Positions 53,988 through 62,610 of a stretch of 64,000 nt of DNA are shown here, piece by piece. Each line of letters opens with the position of its first letter. The stretch's first letter is position 1. The notes under the pieces were generated by a model. The model was not told the origin of the DNA. It worked only from the letters and a program-made list of their open reading frames with translations, and made no database searches. Source of the DNA: Kiritimatiellia bacterium (GTDB lineage Bacteria > Verrucomicrobiota > Kiritimatiellia > RFP12 > JAAYLN01). Both the position numbers and the translations under genes were made by a program. The DNA lies in assembly GCA_017962605.1 (NCBI GenBank), contig JAGCUY010000007.1:752-64751 (forward strand), in the 5' to 3' direction.

Positions 53988-56900
53988 AGATGCCATGAGA
54001 CATACCGCGATTGCCATTCTTTCAGCTCTCTACCTGCTCGCTTTTTTCGCGGCTGGCGCGGCTCCCGAGGCCCGCGTCCTGCCATTTGAACGGGCGGCGT
54101 GGGAGAAATACCATCCGCTGGGTGGCGAGTTCGTGGACGGCCGCTATGTCTCGCTGCATGAGCAGGCGCCATCCTTCGAGGTGTCGCGGCTCGTGCCGCC
54201 GTCGGCCAATTTGGCCGTGGAGGCCACCTTCACGCCGGAGCGAAAGGCCGCCAAGGCCGACGGCACCGCCGCGATATCAATCTTCGAGTCGCCAGGCCAC
54301 TACTGGGATCTGGCGCTTTACGAGTCCAAGCCAGGCAAGCGCTCCATCGCCATGTCGGAGCGCAGCGGAACATCGCAAGTGCACTCCGCGCTGAAGATGG
54401 AGGCCGACATCGGCGCTGGCGCCACCTGGGAGTGGGGCCGCGCCTACAGCCTCCGCCTCGCCATCGACGGCAAAGGCGTCCAGGGCGAAGTGCGCGACGC
54501 GGAGAGCGGCGAGCTTCTCTTCCGCCGGCGCTACGCGCTTGCGCCGGGGCATATCGCCTCCGGCCGCCCCGCATTCAGGTTCAACCGCGTCATCGGCAAC
54601 TTCTCGGGCATAAAGGCGACGGTGAATGAAGCAGATTCACACAGAGCCACAGAGGCACAGAGAAGTTCATTGCCCTCAAATCATGAAACAAATCTCTGTG
54701 GCTCTGTGTCTCTGTGTGAGGAGAATAAAAAATTCTATCGCACAACGTGCGCCGAGGACGGGCGCTGGTGGTTCGTGGATCCCGATGGGAAGCGCTTCTT
54801 CCTCTCCGGCATCGGCGTGGTGTCGCACAACGGCTTCTTCAACTCGGCGCTTGGCTACGCCCCATACGCCCGCACAGTCGCCCGCAAGTATCCGACGCTT
54901 GACGACTGGGCCACCAACTCCCTCGCGCGCATCCGCTCATGGGGCTTCAACTTCCTCTCCTCGCCTTCGGCCATCCTCCTGCGGCGCGGCTTCCCGCACG
55001 CCCACGTCATCAACATCGGCCAGAACTTCGCCTGCTACGGCGACGAGTTCGACATCCTCCCCTGCGATGGCGGCCCGTGCTCTGGTTTTCCGAACGTATT
55101 CCATCCGCTCTTCAAGGAATACTGCCGCTTCCGAGTGCGGTCTTTCTGCACGGCCGACCGCGACGACCCCTGGACTCTAGGCTGGTATATCGACAACGAG
55201 CTATCATGGTGGGGCGACAAGCGCAAGTTCAAGACTCCGCCTGCGCGTGGCCTTTTCGACGCCGCCGCCCGCAAGGCGCCCGACCATCCGGCGCGCAAGG
55301 CCCTGGAGGCGTTTTTGGAAGAGTGGAACAATTCACACAAAGATACAGCGTCACATAGGGGTTCATTGTCCACCAATGCCAGTACAAATCTCTGTGTCTC
55401 TGTGTCTCTGTGTGACATTGAGAACATCCCCGTTGAAGTGACCCGCGAGTTCGTGCGGCTCGTGGCCCGCAAGTATTTCGAGGCCACGACAGCCGCGATA
55501 CGCGAGGTCGATCCCAACCACCTGATCCTCGGCTGCCGCTTCGCCGGCTTCGGCTCCGCAGACCCCGTCGTCTGGGAGGAGTGCGGGCGCTTCTGCGACG
55601 CCATCTCGGTGAACAGCTACCCGATGGTCGATCTCGACCGCGGGATTGCGGTGAGCGGCTTCGAGCGGCACGACCGTCCAATCGCCGACATCATCCGCGA
55701 ACGCGCGCGTCCTGCCGGCAAGCCGGTAATCATGACGGAATGGGGCTTTTCGGCGCTCGACTCCGGACTTCCCTGCACGCACGGCGCTGGGCAGCGCTTC
55801 TTCACGCAGAGGGAGCGGGCGGAGGCGACCTCGATCTTCGCCCGCACGATGTGGGCCTTGCCCGAGTGCGCCGGGTATGTCTATTTCATGTGGTGCGACG
55901 AACCGGCTGTCGGCAAGAACGGCCCAAAGAGCGAAAACACCAACTATGGCCTCGTCAACGCCGACGACGAGCCATACGAGGAGCAGGTGGCCGCGCTGTC
56001 CGCAGTGCAGCTGCATCCCGAAGAGTCGCGCCACGCGCCGCTGCCCGAGGCTCGCGAGGTCGTCCCGCCCAGTGCCGCAGAGATGGCCTCGAGGTTTGGA
56101 CGCGTGGAGTCGCAGGACATCTCCATTGGCGTGGCGAGCTCTCATGGCGCGCAGCGTGGCATCTCCATTGGCGGCGGCACGCTCACGCTGGCTCTTCGTG
56201 GGGATGGGAACGGCGCCTTTGAGGCCGATGTGCGCCTCCACCGCATTGCCGGGAGGTCATTTGTCATGGCCGAACTGCTTGCGGTGCGCAACTGCGGCGT
56301 GGAGCCAATGACTTTCGACGCGGCAACCTTCCAGTTCCTGCCCGCCGACGAGGCCGCAGTCGCGGGCACTGCGCCGGCGCGCGGCGACGACGTCTTTGCG
56401 CCGCCGGCCGATGGCCAGCCAACGCCGATCCCGCCAATGCTGTGGCGGCCGTGGCAGTCCGGCGCGTGGGTGCTGCCCGACGGCAACATCCTCGGCATGC
56501 TCTCGCCGCGCACCGTCGGCGTATCCATCAAGTTCCGCAAGGATGACGCCCTCCACGGCGACGCCGAGTATAAATGCGGAAGCCTCACCCTCGCCCCAGG
56601 CAGGGAGTGGAAGCCGCAGCATGCGCCATTCGTGATTGCCGCGGCCTTGTCGGGCGGCGAGGATGCCTGGCGCGACCTCTGCGCCGAAATCCGCGCAGCC
56701 GCCACCTTTCAAACTCCCGCAACCTTTTCCCTAACCATCGACCCCTCCCGCATCCTTGGCCCGGTGAAGCCGGTGAACGGCGTGGGGCAGCCGCCGATTC
56801 TCGGGCTTCGCAAGTATTCGATGTTCCGCTACCTCAAGGAGGCGGGCGTCCCTTTCTCGCGCCTTCATGACGTGGGTGGAATGTTCGGGCGCGGAATCTT

Positions 56901-59625
56901 CGTGGACATCCCGAATCTCTTCCCCGACTTCGATGCCGACGAGAACGATCCCGCCAACTACGACTTCACCTTCACGGACATCTTGGTGAACGCGCTGGTG
57001 GAGAATGGCGTCGAGCCTTTTTTTCGGCTAGGCGTAACTCTTGAGAACTACGCCACGATTCGCCGATACCGCATCGACCCGCCCAAGGACTACGCCAAGT
57101 GGGCGCGCATCTGCGAGCATGTCATCCGCCACTACACCGAAGGCTGGGCCGAGGGCTTCCACCACACCGTCAAGCACTGGGAAATCTGGAATGAGCCGGA
57201 CAACTGGGACGACCCTGAGCAGAACGAATCGTGGCATGGCACCTTCGAGGACTACTGCCGCCTCTATGAGACGGCCTCCAAGCACCTCAAGGCGAAATTT
57301 CCGCACCTCAAGATCGGCGGCCCCGCGAGCTGCGGCGTCGCATACCTGACGGGCTGGGATGTCCCTCGCGCCAAGCACCACCTCGACTGCTTCCACGCCT
57401 TTCTGCGCTACGTCCGCGAACACGATTGCCCGCTTGACTTCTTCTCCTGGCACAGCTATTCGACTGTGGAGAGCACCATGGCGCAGGCGCGCTATATCCG
57501 CGAGAAGCTTGACGAGGCAGGGTTTGCGGGCGTTCCCTCGGTTCTTGACGAGTGGCTGCCGGAGCCAGACCACGACAAGTTGGGCACGGCGGAGCAGGCG
57601 GCTGAAGTCGCGGCGGGGCTGATTGCGATGCAGAACGGGCCAGTTGACGCCGCCGCCATTTACGACGCCCGCTGCTCAATAGGCAAATACAGCGTGCTCT
57701 TCAACCCGCTCACATACGAGCCGCACAAGGCATACTGGGCCTTCGTGGCCTTCAACGAACTTCGCAAGTGCGGCACGGCGGTGGAGATCCACGAGTGCGG
57801 CGCAGACCAGCCTGCGCACGCCCTCGCGGCAGGACGAAAACAAGGCAGTTCCGCTTCCGTCTTGCCGCAAGGGCAAGCGCATGGCGCCGCACTTGCGGTT
57901 TACGCGGCGGCGAAGGGCGCTGATGGCACGGTCGCAGTGATGCTCGCGAACACCGGCGACGAAGAGGCACCGTTCGCGATAGAGAGCGCGGATGACAACA
58001 AGCGGACAACGGCAAGGAGCTGCCGCATCGTCGATGCTTGGCGCACATGGGAGGAGATTCCGCTTCCTGCGGCGCTGCCGCCTCATTCCTTTGTCCTCAT
58101 CTATTTTTCAACCAACCTCACAGGAAAGGCACAAAAAATGAACACACTGAATCCCAATGTCCGCGCGCTCGTCACGGTTGACCAGGCAACCGTAGTCGGC
58201 CCGGTGAAGCCCATGCACGCCGTTAACAACGGTCCCGCCGTGAAGAAGCCCGGCGGCGACCAGGTTCGCGGCAACTTCGATGAATACAAGGCGGCGCGAA
58301 TCCCATTCGCCCGCACCCACGACTCCATCAACTGCGTCTCAGGCGGCGCACACAATTGCGACATCAACGCCATCTTCCCCGACTTCGACGCCGACGAGAA
58401 CGACCCCGCCAACTACGACTTCGTCTTCACCGACCACTACCTCGACAACATCCGCCGCGCGGGGACGCAGGTCTTCTTCCGCCTTGGCCAGACGATCGAG
58501 CACGGGCCGAAGAAATACGGCGTCCTGCCGCCGAAGGACTTCGCCAAGTGGGCGCGCATTTGCGAGCATGTCATCCGCCACTACAACGAAGGCTGGGGCT
58601 GGGGCGTTGACAAGGGCTGGACGACGAAGAACATCGAATGGTCGAACCAGTTCGGCATCGAATATTGGGAAATCTGGAACGAGCCCGATCTCGATCCGTC
58701 CGATGGTGAACCGCCGCGCAACCCGCGCTGCTGGGGCGGGACGACGGAGGAGTTCTTCCGCTTCTTCGAGACGGCCGCGAAACACCTCAAGGCGAAATTC
58801 CCGCATCTCAAGATCGGCGGCCCCGCCCTTTGCGGACGTCTCGACTGGGGCGAGCGCTTCCTAGCCTACTGCCGCGACCACGAGGTGCCGCTTGACTTCT
58901 TCTCCTGGCATGTCTATGCGACCGAGCCGAAGACCATCGCCGGAAGGTGCGACGCCGTCCGGGCGCTGATGGACAAATACGGCTTCGGCAAGGCCGAGTC
59001 GATCCTCAACGAATGGAACTATGTCAAGGGCTGGACGGACGACTTCGTTTATTCGCTTGAAGTGGAGTCGGGGCGCTTCAACCAGAAGAGCGCGGCATTC
59101 GTCATGTCCGCGATGATCGACTGCCAGTGGAAGCCGCTCGACATGCTGATGTTCTACGATTCAAGAGTCGGCAGCGGCATGAACAACCTCTTCAACGCCA
59201 CGACGCTCTGGCCGATGAAGGGCTACTATCCCTTCTACGCATGGTCGAAGCTTGCGGCGCTTGGCACGCAGGTCGCCTGCGAAGTCACGGACGGGGGCGC
59301 CGGCGGCGGCGCCGCTGGCGATGGCCCGGCGACGGGCGTTGTCCTGGATCGCGCCGCCGTCGCGGAGACGCTTGGCCTCCGCGCCGTGGCGGCAAAAGGG
59401 GCTGACGGCTCCGGCGCCGCAATCGTCGCCCGCTATTCCGAGGACAACAACGTGACGGCCACAATCTGCGTGGCGGTTTCCGTTCCCGGCGCAGACCTTT
59501 CCCGGGCGCGCTGCCATGTCACCGACGCCGTTCGGACATTCACCGAGGTGCCTCTCGACATGCAGGAAGACGGCACGGCGCTTCTGCGCATGCAGCCCAA
59601 CTCCTTCGCAGTCGTCGAATGGTAG
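53971..59625 (+). CDS. Giant multi-module glycoside hydrolase (signal peptide + N-terminal domain + clan GH-A module + two GH39-like TIM-barrel modules)
   Basis: It is a continuous ORF. The probable start is ATG at 53995, giving signal peptide 'AIAILSALYLLAFFAAGAA'. The GH-A module has 'WYIDNEL' (acid/base) and 'IMTEWGFSA' (nucleophile). Two homologous modules carry 'FPDFDADENDPANYDF...KWARICEHVIRHY...WEIWNEPD'. An internal RBS plus ATG at 58138 may mark a separate gene (no stop between). Confidence 0.55.
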   Translation: MRNGIIDAMRHTAIAILSALYLLAFFAAGAAPEARVLPFERAAWEKYHPLGGEFVDGRYVSLHEQAPSFEVSRLVPPSANLAVEATFTPERKAAKADGTAAISIFESPGHYWDLALYESKPGKRSIAMSERSGTSQVHSALKMEADIGAGATWEWGRAYSLRLAIDGKGVQGEVRDAESGELLFRRRYALAPGHIASGRPAFRFNRVIGNFSGIKATVNEADSHRATEAQRSSLPSNHETNLCGSVSLCEENKKFYRTTCAEDGRWWFVDPDGKRFFLSGIGVVSHNGFFNSALGYAPYARTVARKYPTLDDWATNSLARIRSWGFNFLSSPSAILLRRGFPHAHVINIGQNFACYGDEFDILPCDGGPCSGFPNVFHPLFKEYCRFRVRSFCTADRDDPWTLGWYIDNELSWWGDKRKFKTPPARGLFDAAARKAPDHPARKALEAFLEEWNNSHKDTASHRGSLSTNASTNLCVSVSLCDIENIPVEVTREFVRLVARKYFEATTAAIREVDPNHLILGCRFAGFGSADPVVWEECGRFCDAISVNSYPMVDLDRGIAVSGFERHDRPIADIIRERARPAGKPVIMTEWGFSALDSGLPCTHGAGQRFFTQRERAEATSIFARTMWALPECAGYVYFMWCDEPAVGKNGPKSENTNYGLVNADDEPYEEQVAALSAVQLHPEESRHAPLPEAREVVPPSAAEMASRFGRVESQDISIGVASSHGAQRGISIGGGTLTLALRGDGNGAFEADVRLHRIAGRSFVMAELLAVRNCGVEPMTFDAATFQFLPADEAAVAGTAPARGDDVFAPPADGQPTPIPPMLWRPWQSGAWVLPDGNILGMLSPRTVGVSIKFRKDDALHGDAEYKCGSLTLAPGREWKPQHAPFVIAAALSGGEDAWRDLCAEIRAAATFQTPATFSLTIDPSRILGPVKPVNGVGQPPILGLRKYSMFRYLKEAGVPFSRLHDVGGMFGRGIFVDIPNLFPDFDADENDPANYDFTFTDILVNALVENGVEPFFRLGVTLENYATIRRYRIDPPKDYAKWARICEHVIRHYTEGWAEGFHHTVKHWEIWNEPDNWDDPEQNESWHGTFEDYCRLYETASKHLKAKFPHLKIGGPASCGVAYLTGWDVPRAKHHLDCFHAFLRYVREHDCPLDFFSWHSYSTVESTMAQARYIREKLDEAGFAGVPSVLDEWLPEPDHDKLGTAEQAAEVAAGLIAMQNGPVDAAAIYDARCSIGKYSVLFNPLTYEPHKAYWAFVAFNELRKCGTAVEIHECGADQPAHALAAGRKQGSSASVLPQGQAHGAALAVYAAAKGADGTVAVMLANTGDEEAPFAIESADDNKRTTARSCRIVDAWRTWEEIPLPAALPPHSFVLIYFSTNLTGKAQKMNTLNPNVRALVTVDQATVVGPVKPMHAVNNGPAVKKPGGDQVRGNFDEYKAARIPFARTHDSINCVSGGAHNCDINAIFPDFDADENDPANYDFVFTDHYLDNIRRAGTQVFFRLGQTIEHGPKKYGVLPPKDFAKWARICEHVIRHYNEGWGWGVDKGWTTKNIEWSNQFGIEYWEIWNEPDLDPSDGEPPRNPRCWGGTTEEFFRFFETAAKHLKAKFPHLKIGGPALCGRLDWGERFLAYCRDHEVPLDFFSWHVYATEPKTIAGRCDAVRALMDKYGFGKAESILNEWNYVKGWTDDFVYSLEVESGRFNQKSAAFVMSAMIDCQWKPLDMLMFYDSRVGSGMNNLFNATTLWPMKGYYPFYAWSKLAALGTQVACEVTDGGAGGGAAGDGPATGVVLDRAAVAETLGLRAVAAKGADGSGAAIVARYSEDNNVTATICVAVSVPGADLSRARCHVTDAVRTFTEVPLDMQEDGTALLRMQPNSFAVVEW
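54631..54720 (+). mobile_element. Palindromic mini-element inserted in frame in the GH gene (copy 1)
   Basis: 'cacacagagccacagaggcacagag' ... loop ... 'ctctgtggctctgtgtctctgtgtg' (arms are reverse complements). It is 90 bp = 30 codons with no stop, encoding '...SHRATEAQRSSLPSNHETNLCGSVSLCE'. Confidence 0.6.
55331..55415 (+). mobile_element. Palindromic mini-element inserted in frame in the GH gene (copy 2, degenerate left arm)
   Basis: 'attcacacaaagatacagcgtcacataggggttcattgtccaccaatgccagtacaaatctctgtgtctctgtgtctctgtgtga'. It shares the 'ttcattg...caaatctctgtg.ctctgtgtctctgtgtga' core with copy 1 and encodes '...SHKDTASHRGSLSTNASTNLCVSVSLCD'. Confidence 0.6.
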
Positions 59626-59636
59626 TGCGCGCGTAT

Positions 59637-59646
59637 GTGGTATAAT
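59637..59646 (+). promoter_or_regulatory. Extended -10 'TGgTATAAT' promoter element upstream of argG
   Basis: 'gcgtatgtggtataatgg' lies 27 nt upstream of the RBS 'ttaggagc'. Confidence 0.4.
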
Positions 59647-59672
59647 GGATAGCGCACTTTTTAGGAGCAACA

Positions 59673-60908
59673 ATGGCACTTACACTTGAATCACTCAAGG
59701 GCTTGAAGGTCGGCGTCTGCGTTTCGGGCGGCCTCGACAGCAAGACTATCGCAAAGCGTTTCACCGAGGCGGGCATCGACACCGTCGCCTTCACGGCGGA
59801 TGTCGGCCAGCCGGACGAGAAGGACATCAACGATGTCGCAAAGCGCATGGCGCCTTGCGGCGTCGAGACTGTCATCGTCGATCTCAAGCCGGAGATGGCG
59901 GAGGCCTGCTTCGACGTCATCGAGGCCCAGGCCATGTATGACGGCGGCTACTGGAACTCCACCGGCATCGCCCGCGCCGTCACCGTCAAGGGCCTCATCC
60001 CCGAACTCAGGAAGCGCGGCTGCACCGTGCTCTCCCATGGCGCGACCGGGCGCGGCAATGACCAGATGCGCTTCGAGCGCTACACCAACGTCCTCGCGCC
60101 CGACATGAAGGTCTTCGCCCCCTGGCGCGACCCGACCCTGCTCAAGCAGTTCCCCGGCCGCACCCAGATGGTCGAGTACCTCGCGCAGTTCGGCATCATC
60201 GCCTTCGTCGGCGGCAAGAAGAAATACTCCACCGACTGCAACCTGGCCGGCCTCTCCCACGAGGCGGAGGACCTGGAGAGCATGCAGACGCCGATGACGA
60301 TCGTCGAGCCGACGATGGGCGTGTGGCCCTTCCAGGCGCCTGACAAGCCGGAGCGCTTCGAGGTCGAGTTCAAGCACGGCCGCTGCGTCGCCATCAACGG
60401 CGAGGCTGTCACGCCTCTCCAGGCGATGCTGCTCGCCAACAAGATCGGCGGCCGCAACGGCATCGGCATGAAGCACGCGCTTGAGAACCGCATCGTCGGC
60501 ACGAAGTCGCGCGGCGTTTACGAGGCCCCCGGCATGGAGCTTCTCGCATGGTGCCTCCGCTACCTCTACCAGGCCACGATGGACAGGCGCGCCACGCTGC
60601 TCTTCCAGCAGCTCTCCAAGCTGGTCGCCGACCAGATCTACGATGGCCGCTGGTTCGACCCCGCCACCCAGGCGGCCCGCGCCGCCATTGGCGTGTTCTC
60701 AAGCAAGGCCACGGGCAAGGTCGCAGTCTCGCTCTACAAGGGCAACATCCTCTTCGAGTCGCTGGAAGGCTGCGCCGCCACCATCTACAACGAGGCCGAC
60801 TCCTCTATGGAGGCCAGCGCCGGCCTCAACCCGGTGAGCTCGCAGGGCTTCGCGGAAATCCAGTCGGTCGAGGCAATCGCCTTGGCCAAGGCCGGGCAAA
60901 TCGTATAA
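59673..60908 (+). CDS. argG: Argininosuccinate synthase (E. coli-type, type II)
   Basis: PP-loop 'VCVSGGLDS'. Motifs 'TADVGQPDE', 'GRGNDQMRFERY', 'YSTDCNLAGLSHEAEDLE' and 'ANKIGGRNGIGMKHALENRIVGTKSRGVYEAPGM' are closely collinear with E. coli ArgG. Confidence 0.9.
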   Translation: MALTLESLKGLKVGVCVSGGLDSKTIAKRFTEAGIDTVAFTADVGQPDEKDINDVAKRMAPCGVETVIVDLKPEMAEACFDVIEAQAMYDGGYWNSTGIARAVTVKGLIPELRKRGCTVLSHGATGRGNDQMRFERYTNVLAPDMKVFAPWRDPTLLKQFPGRTQMVEYLAQFGIIAFVGGKKKYSTDCNLAGLSHEAEDLESMQTPMTIVEPTMGVWPFQAPDKPERFEVEFKHGRCVAINGEAVTPLQAMLLANKIGGRNGIGMKHALENRIVGTKSRGVYEAPGMELLAWCLRYLYQATMDRRATLLFQQLSKLVADQIYDGRWFDPATQAARAAIGVFSSKATGKVAVSLYKGNILFESLEGCAATIYNEADSSMEASAGLNPVSSQGFAEIQSVEAIALAKAGQIV

Positions 60909-60919
60909 GGACCACAGCC

Positions 60920-61387
60920 ATGTCATACCACGAACTGAACGGAACTCTTGAGGCGAAGGGCGTCTCCTTCGCAATCGCGGTCAGCCGCTTCAACAGCTTC
61001 ATCACCGAGCAGCTGGTGAAAGGCGCCCTTGACTGCATCGCCCGCCACGGCGGATCCGACGAGCAGGTGACAGTCGTCCGCGTCCCCGGCGCCAATGAGC
61101 TGCCGATGGTCGCCGACAAGCTCGCCGCAAGCGGCAAGTTCGACGTCGTCATCGCCCTCGGCGCCGTGATCCGCGGCGCCACGCCCCACGCCGACCTCAT
61201 CAACAGCCAGGTCTCGAAGTCGCTGGCCCAGGTCGCGATAGCGCATGGCGTGCCGGTGATCAACTCCGTCATCTGCGCCGACAGCATCGAGCAGGCCGTT
61301 GAACGCGCTGGAACCAAGGCCGGCAACAAGGGCTGGGATGGCGCGCAGGCCGCCATGGAGATGGCAACGCTCTGGAAGAAGCTCTAG
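60920..61387 (+). CDS. ribH: 6,7-dimethyl-8-ribityllumazine synthase
   Basis: 'FAIAVSRFNSFITEQLVKGALD', 'VVRVPGANELPMVA' and 'FDVVIALGAVIRGATPHADLI' are present. The ribH-nusB synteny is conserved. Confidence 0.9.
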   Translation: MSYHELNGTLEAKGVSFAIAVSRFNSFITEQLVKGALDCIARHGGSDEQVTVVRVPGANELPMVADKLAASGKFDVVIALGAVIRGATPHADLINSQVSKSLAQVAIAHGVPVINSVICADSIEQAVERAGTKAGNKGWDGAQAAMEMATLWKKL

Positions 61388-61470
61388 CCCCTAGCCCCTA
61401 GTCCCTGACCCCTAGCCCCTAGCCCCTAGCTACTACCTAGTCCCTAGCCCCTAGCCCCTAGTCCCTACTC
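61385..61470. repeat. (CCCCTAG)n heptanucleotide microsatellite (~11 units with variants) between ribH and nusB
   Basis: 'tagcccctagcccctagtccctgacccctagcccctagcccctagctactacctagtccctagcccctagcccctagtccctac'. Confidence 0.9.
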
Positions 61471-61477
61471 TTCCTGA

Positions 61478-62044
61478 ATGAACAAGTCTTTCAGCAATCT
61501 CGACAGGACGATTCGCCGCCGCCATTCGCGCGAGTGGGCGGTGCAGATGCTTTTCGCCCTCGACTTTGCCCCCCTGGAAGGCGCGATTGACGACTTCTTC
61601 GTCTCATTCTGGCAGCAGCAGGAGGACCTTTTCGTTTATCTGAGCACCGACAAGGAAGCCGCCTTGCGCACCTTTGAGGGCGAGGCGGCAAAACCCCACC
61701 GCGCCTTTGCCGAGCAGATCGTCATAGGCGTCCGCCAGCATCAGGCGGAGATCGACGCGAAGATTGAGTCTTTCCTCGGCGACTGGACGCTTCAGCGCCT
61801 TGGTGGCGTTGACCGCAATGTCCTGCGCGTCGCCATCTACGAGTTGCTCTTCGAGGGCGACACTCCGCCGGCAATCATCATCAACGAGGCGATTGACATC
61901 GCCAAGTATTTCAGCACCCGCGAGTCTGGGCGTTTTGTGAACGGCGTCCTCGACCGCGCGGCCAAGTCATTGGAGCGTCCGGTGCACTACCAGGCCGATG
62001 CTCCCGATTTCAGCCAGCAGGCCAGCCAGGGCGACGACGCCTAG
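61478..62044 (+). CDS. nusB: Transcription antitermination factor NusB
   Basis: 'REWAVQMLFALDF' and 'RNVLRVAIYELLFEGDTPPAIIINEAIDIAKYFSTRESGRFVNGVLD' are present. Confidence 0.85.
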   Translation: MNKSFSNLDRTIRRRHSREWAVQMLFALDFAPLEGAIDDFFVSFWQQQEDLFVYLSTDKEAALRTFEGEAAKPHRAFAEQIVIGVRQHQAEIDAKIESFLGDWTLQRLGGVDRNVLRVAIYELLFEGDTPPAIIINEAIDIAKYFSTRESGRFVNGVLDRAAKSLERPVHYQADAPDFSQQASQGDDA

Positions 62045-62472
62045 CGCGCGATTTCCAGCACGAGGCCGTTGCGGCCGCGCACCTTCGCGCGGTCGCCCGG
62101 CGCAAGCGCCTCGCTGGCGACGGCGTTCCACTGCACGCCGTTTAGCTCCACTTTACCCGGCTTGCCCGGCTCCAGGGCCTCGACGGCGACCACTTCGCGG
62201 CCTATGAAGTCGTCATCGTAGTCAACTGCGGCGTCGGCGTTCTTCTTTGCGCCGTGGCCTATGGCGTGGCGGCGGAAGATGACAAGCGACACGATGGATA
62301 GCGCAAGGAACAGCAATGCCTGGGCGTTGGCGCCCATCTCGGGGAAGAGAAGCGTCGCGAAGGCCGTCAGCACGGCACCCGCGCCAAAGAAGATGATGAT
62401 GAACCCCGGAACGACGAACTCCAGGGCGCACATAACCAAACCTGCGACAAGCCAACTGTAGAACACGGACAT
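62041..62472 (-). CDS. NfeD-family membrane protein (short form, C-terminal OB-fold)
   Basis: RBS 'ggagg' plus ATG at 62472. Two N-terminal TM helices. C-terminal 'GKVELNGVQWNAVASEALAPGDRAKVRGRNGLVLEI'. Confidence 0.6.
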   Translation of the reverse strand: MSVFYSWLVAGLVMCALEFVVPGFIIIFFGAGAVLTAFATLLFPEMGANAQALLFLALSIVSLVIFRRHAIGHGAKKNADAAVDYDDDFIGREVVAVEALEPGKPGKVELNGVQWNAVASEALAPGDRAKVRGRNGLVLEIAR

Positions 62473-62571
62473 TGCTACCTCCATCAGGCGTTTAAAGAAT
62501 ACAATAAGATTATACCACAACTTGCGGTGTCGTCGTAGGGCACGGTTTGCGGGGAACTTTTCATAAATTTT

Positions 62572-62580
62572 TGGTATAAT
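62572..62580 (+). promoter_or_regulatory. Extended -10 'TGgTATAAT' upstream of the 62611 gene
   Basis: 'aaatttttggtataatgttac' is followed by a (TTTTCAAC)2 leader and the RBS 'aaagga'. Confidence 0.4.
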
Positions 62581-62610
62581 GTTACTTTTCAACTTTTCAA
62601 AAGGACCATT

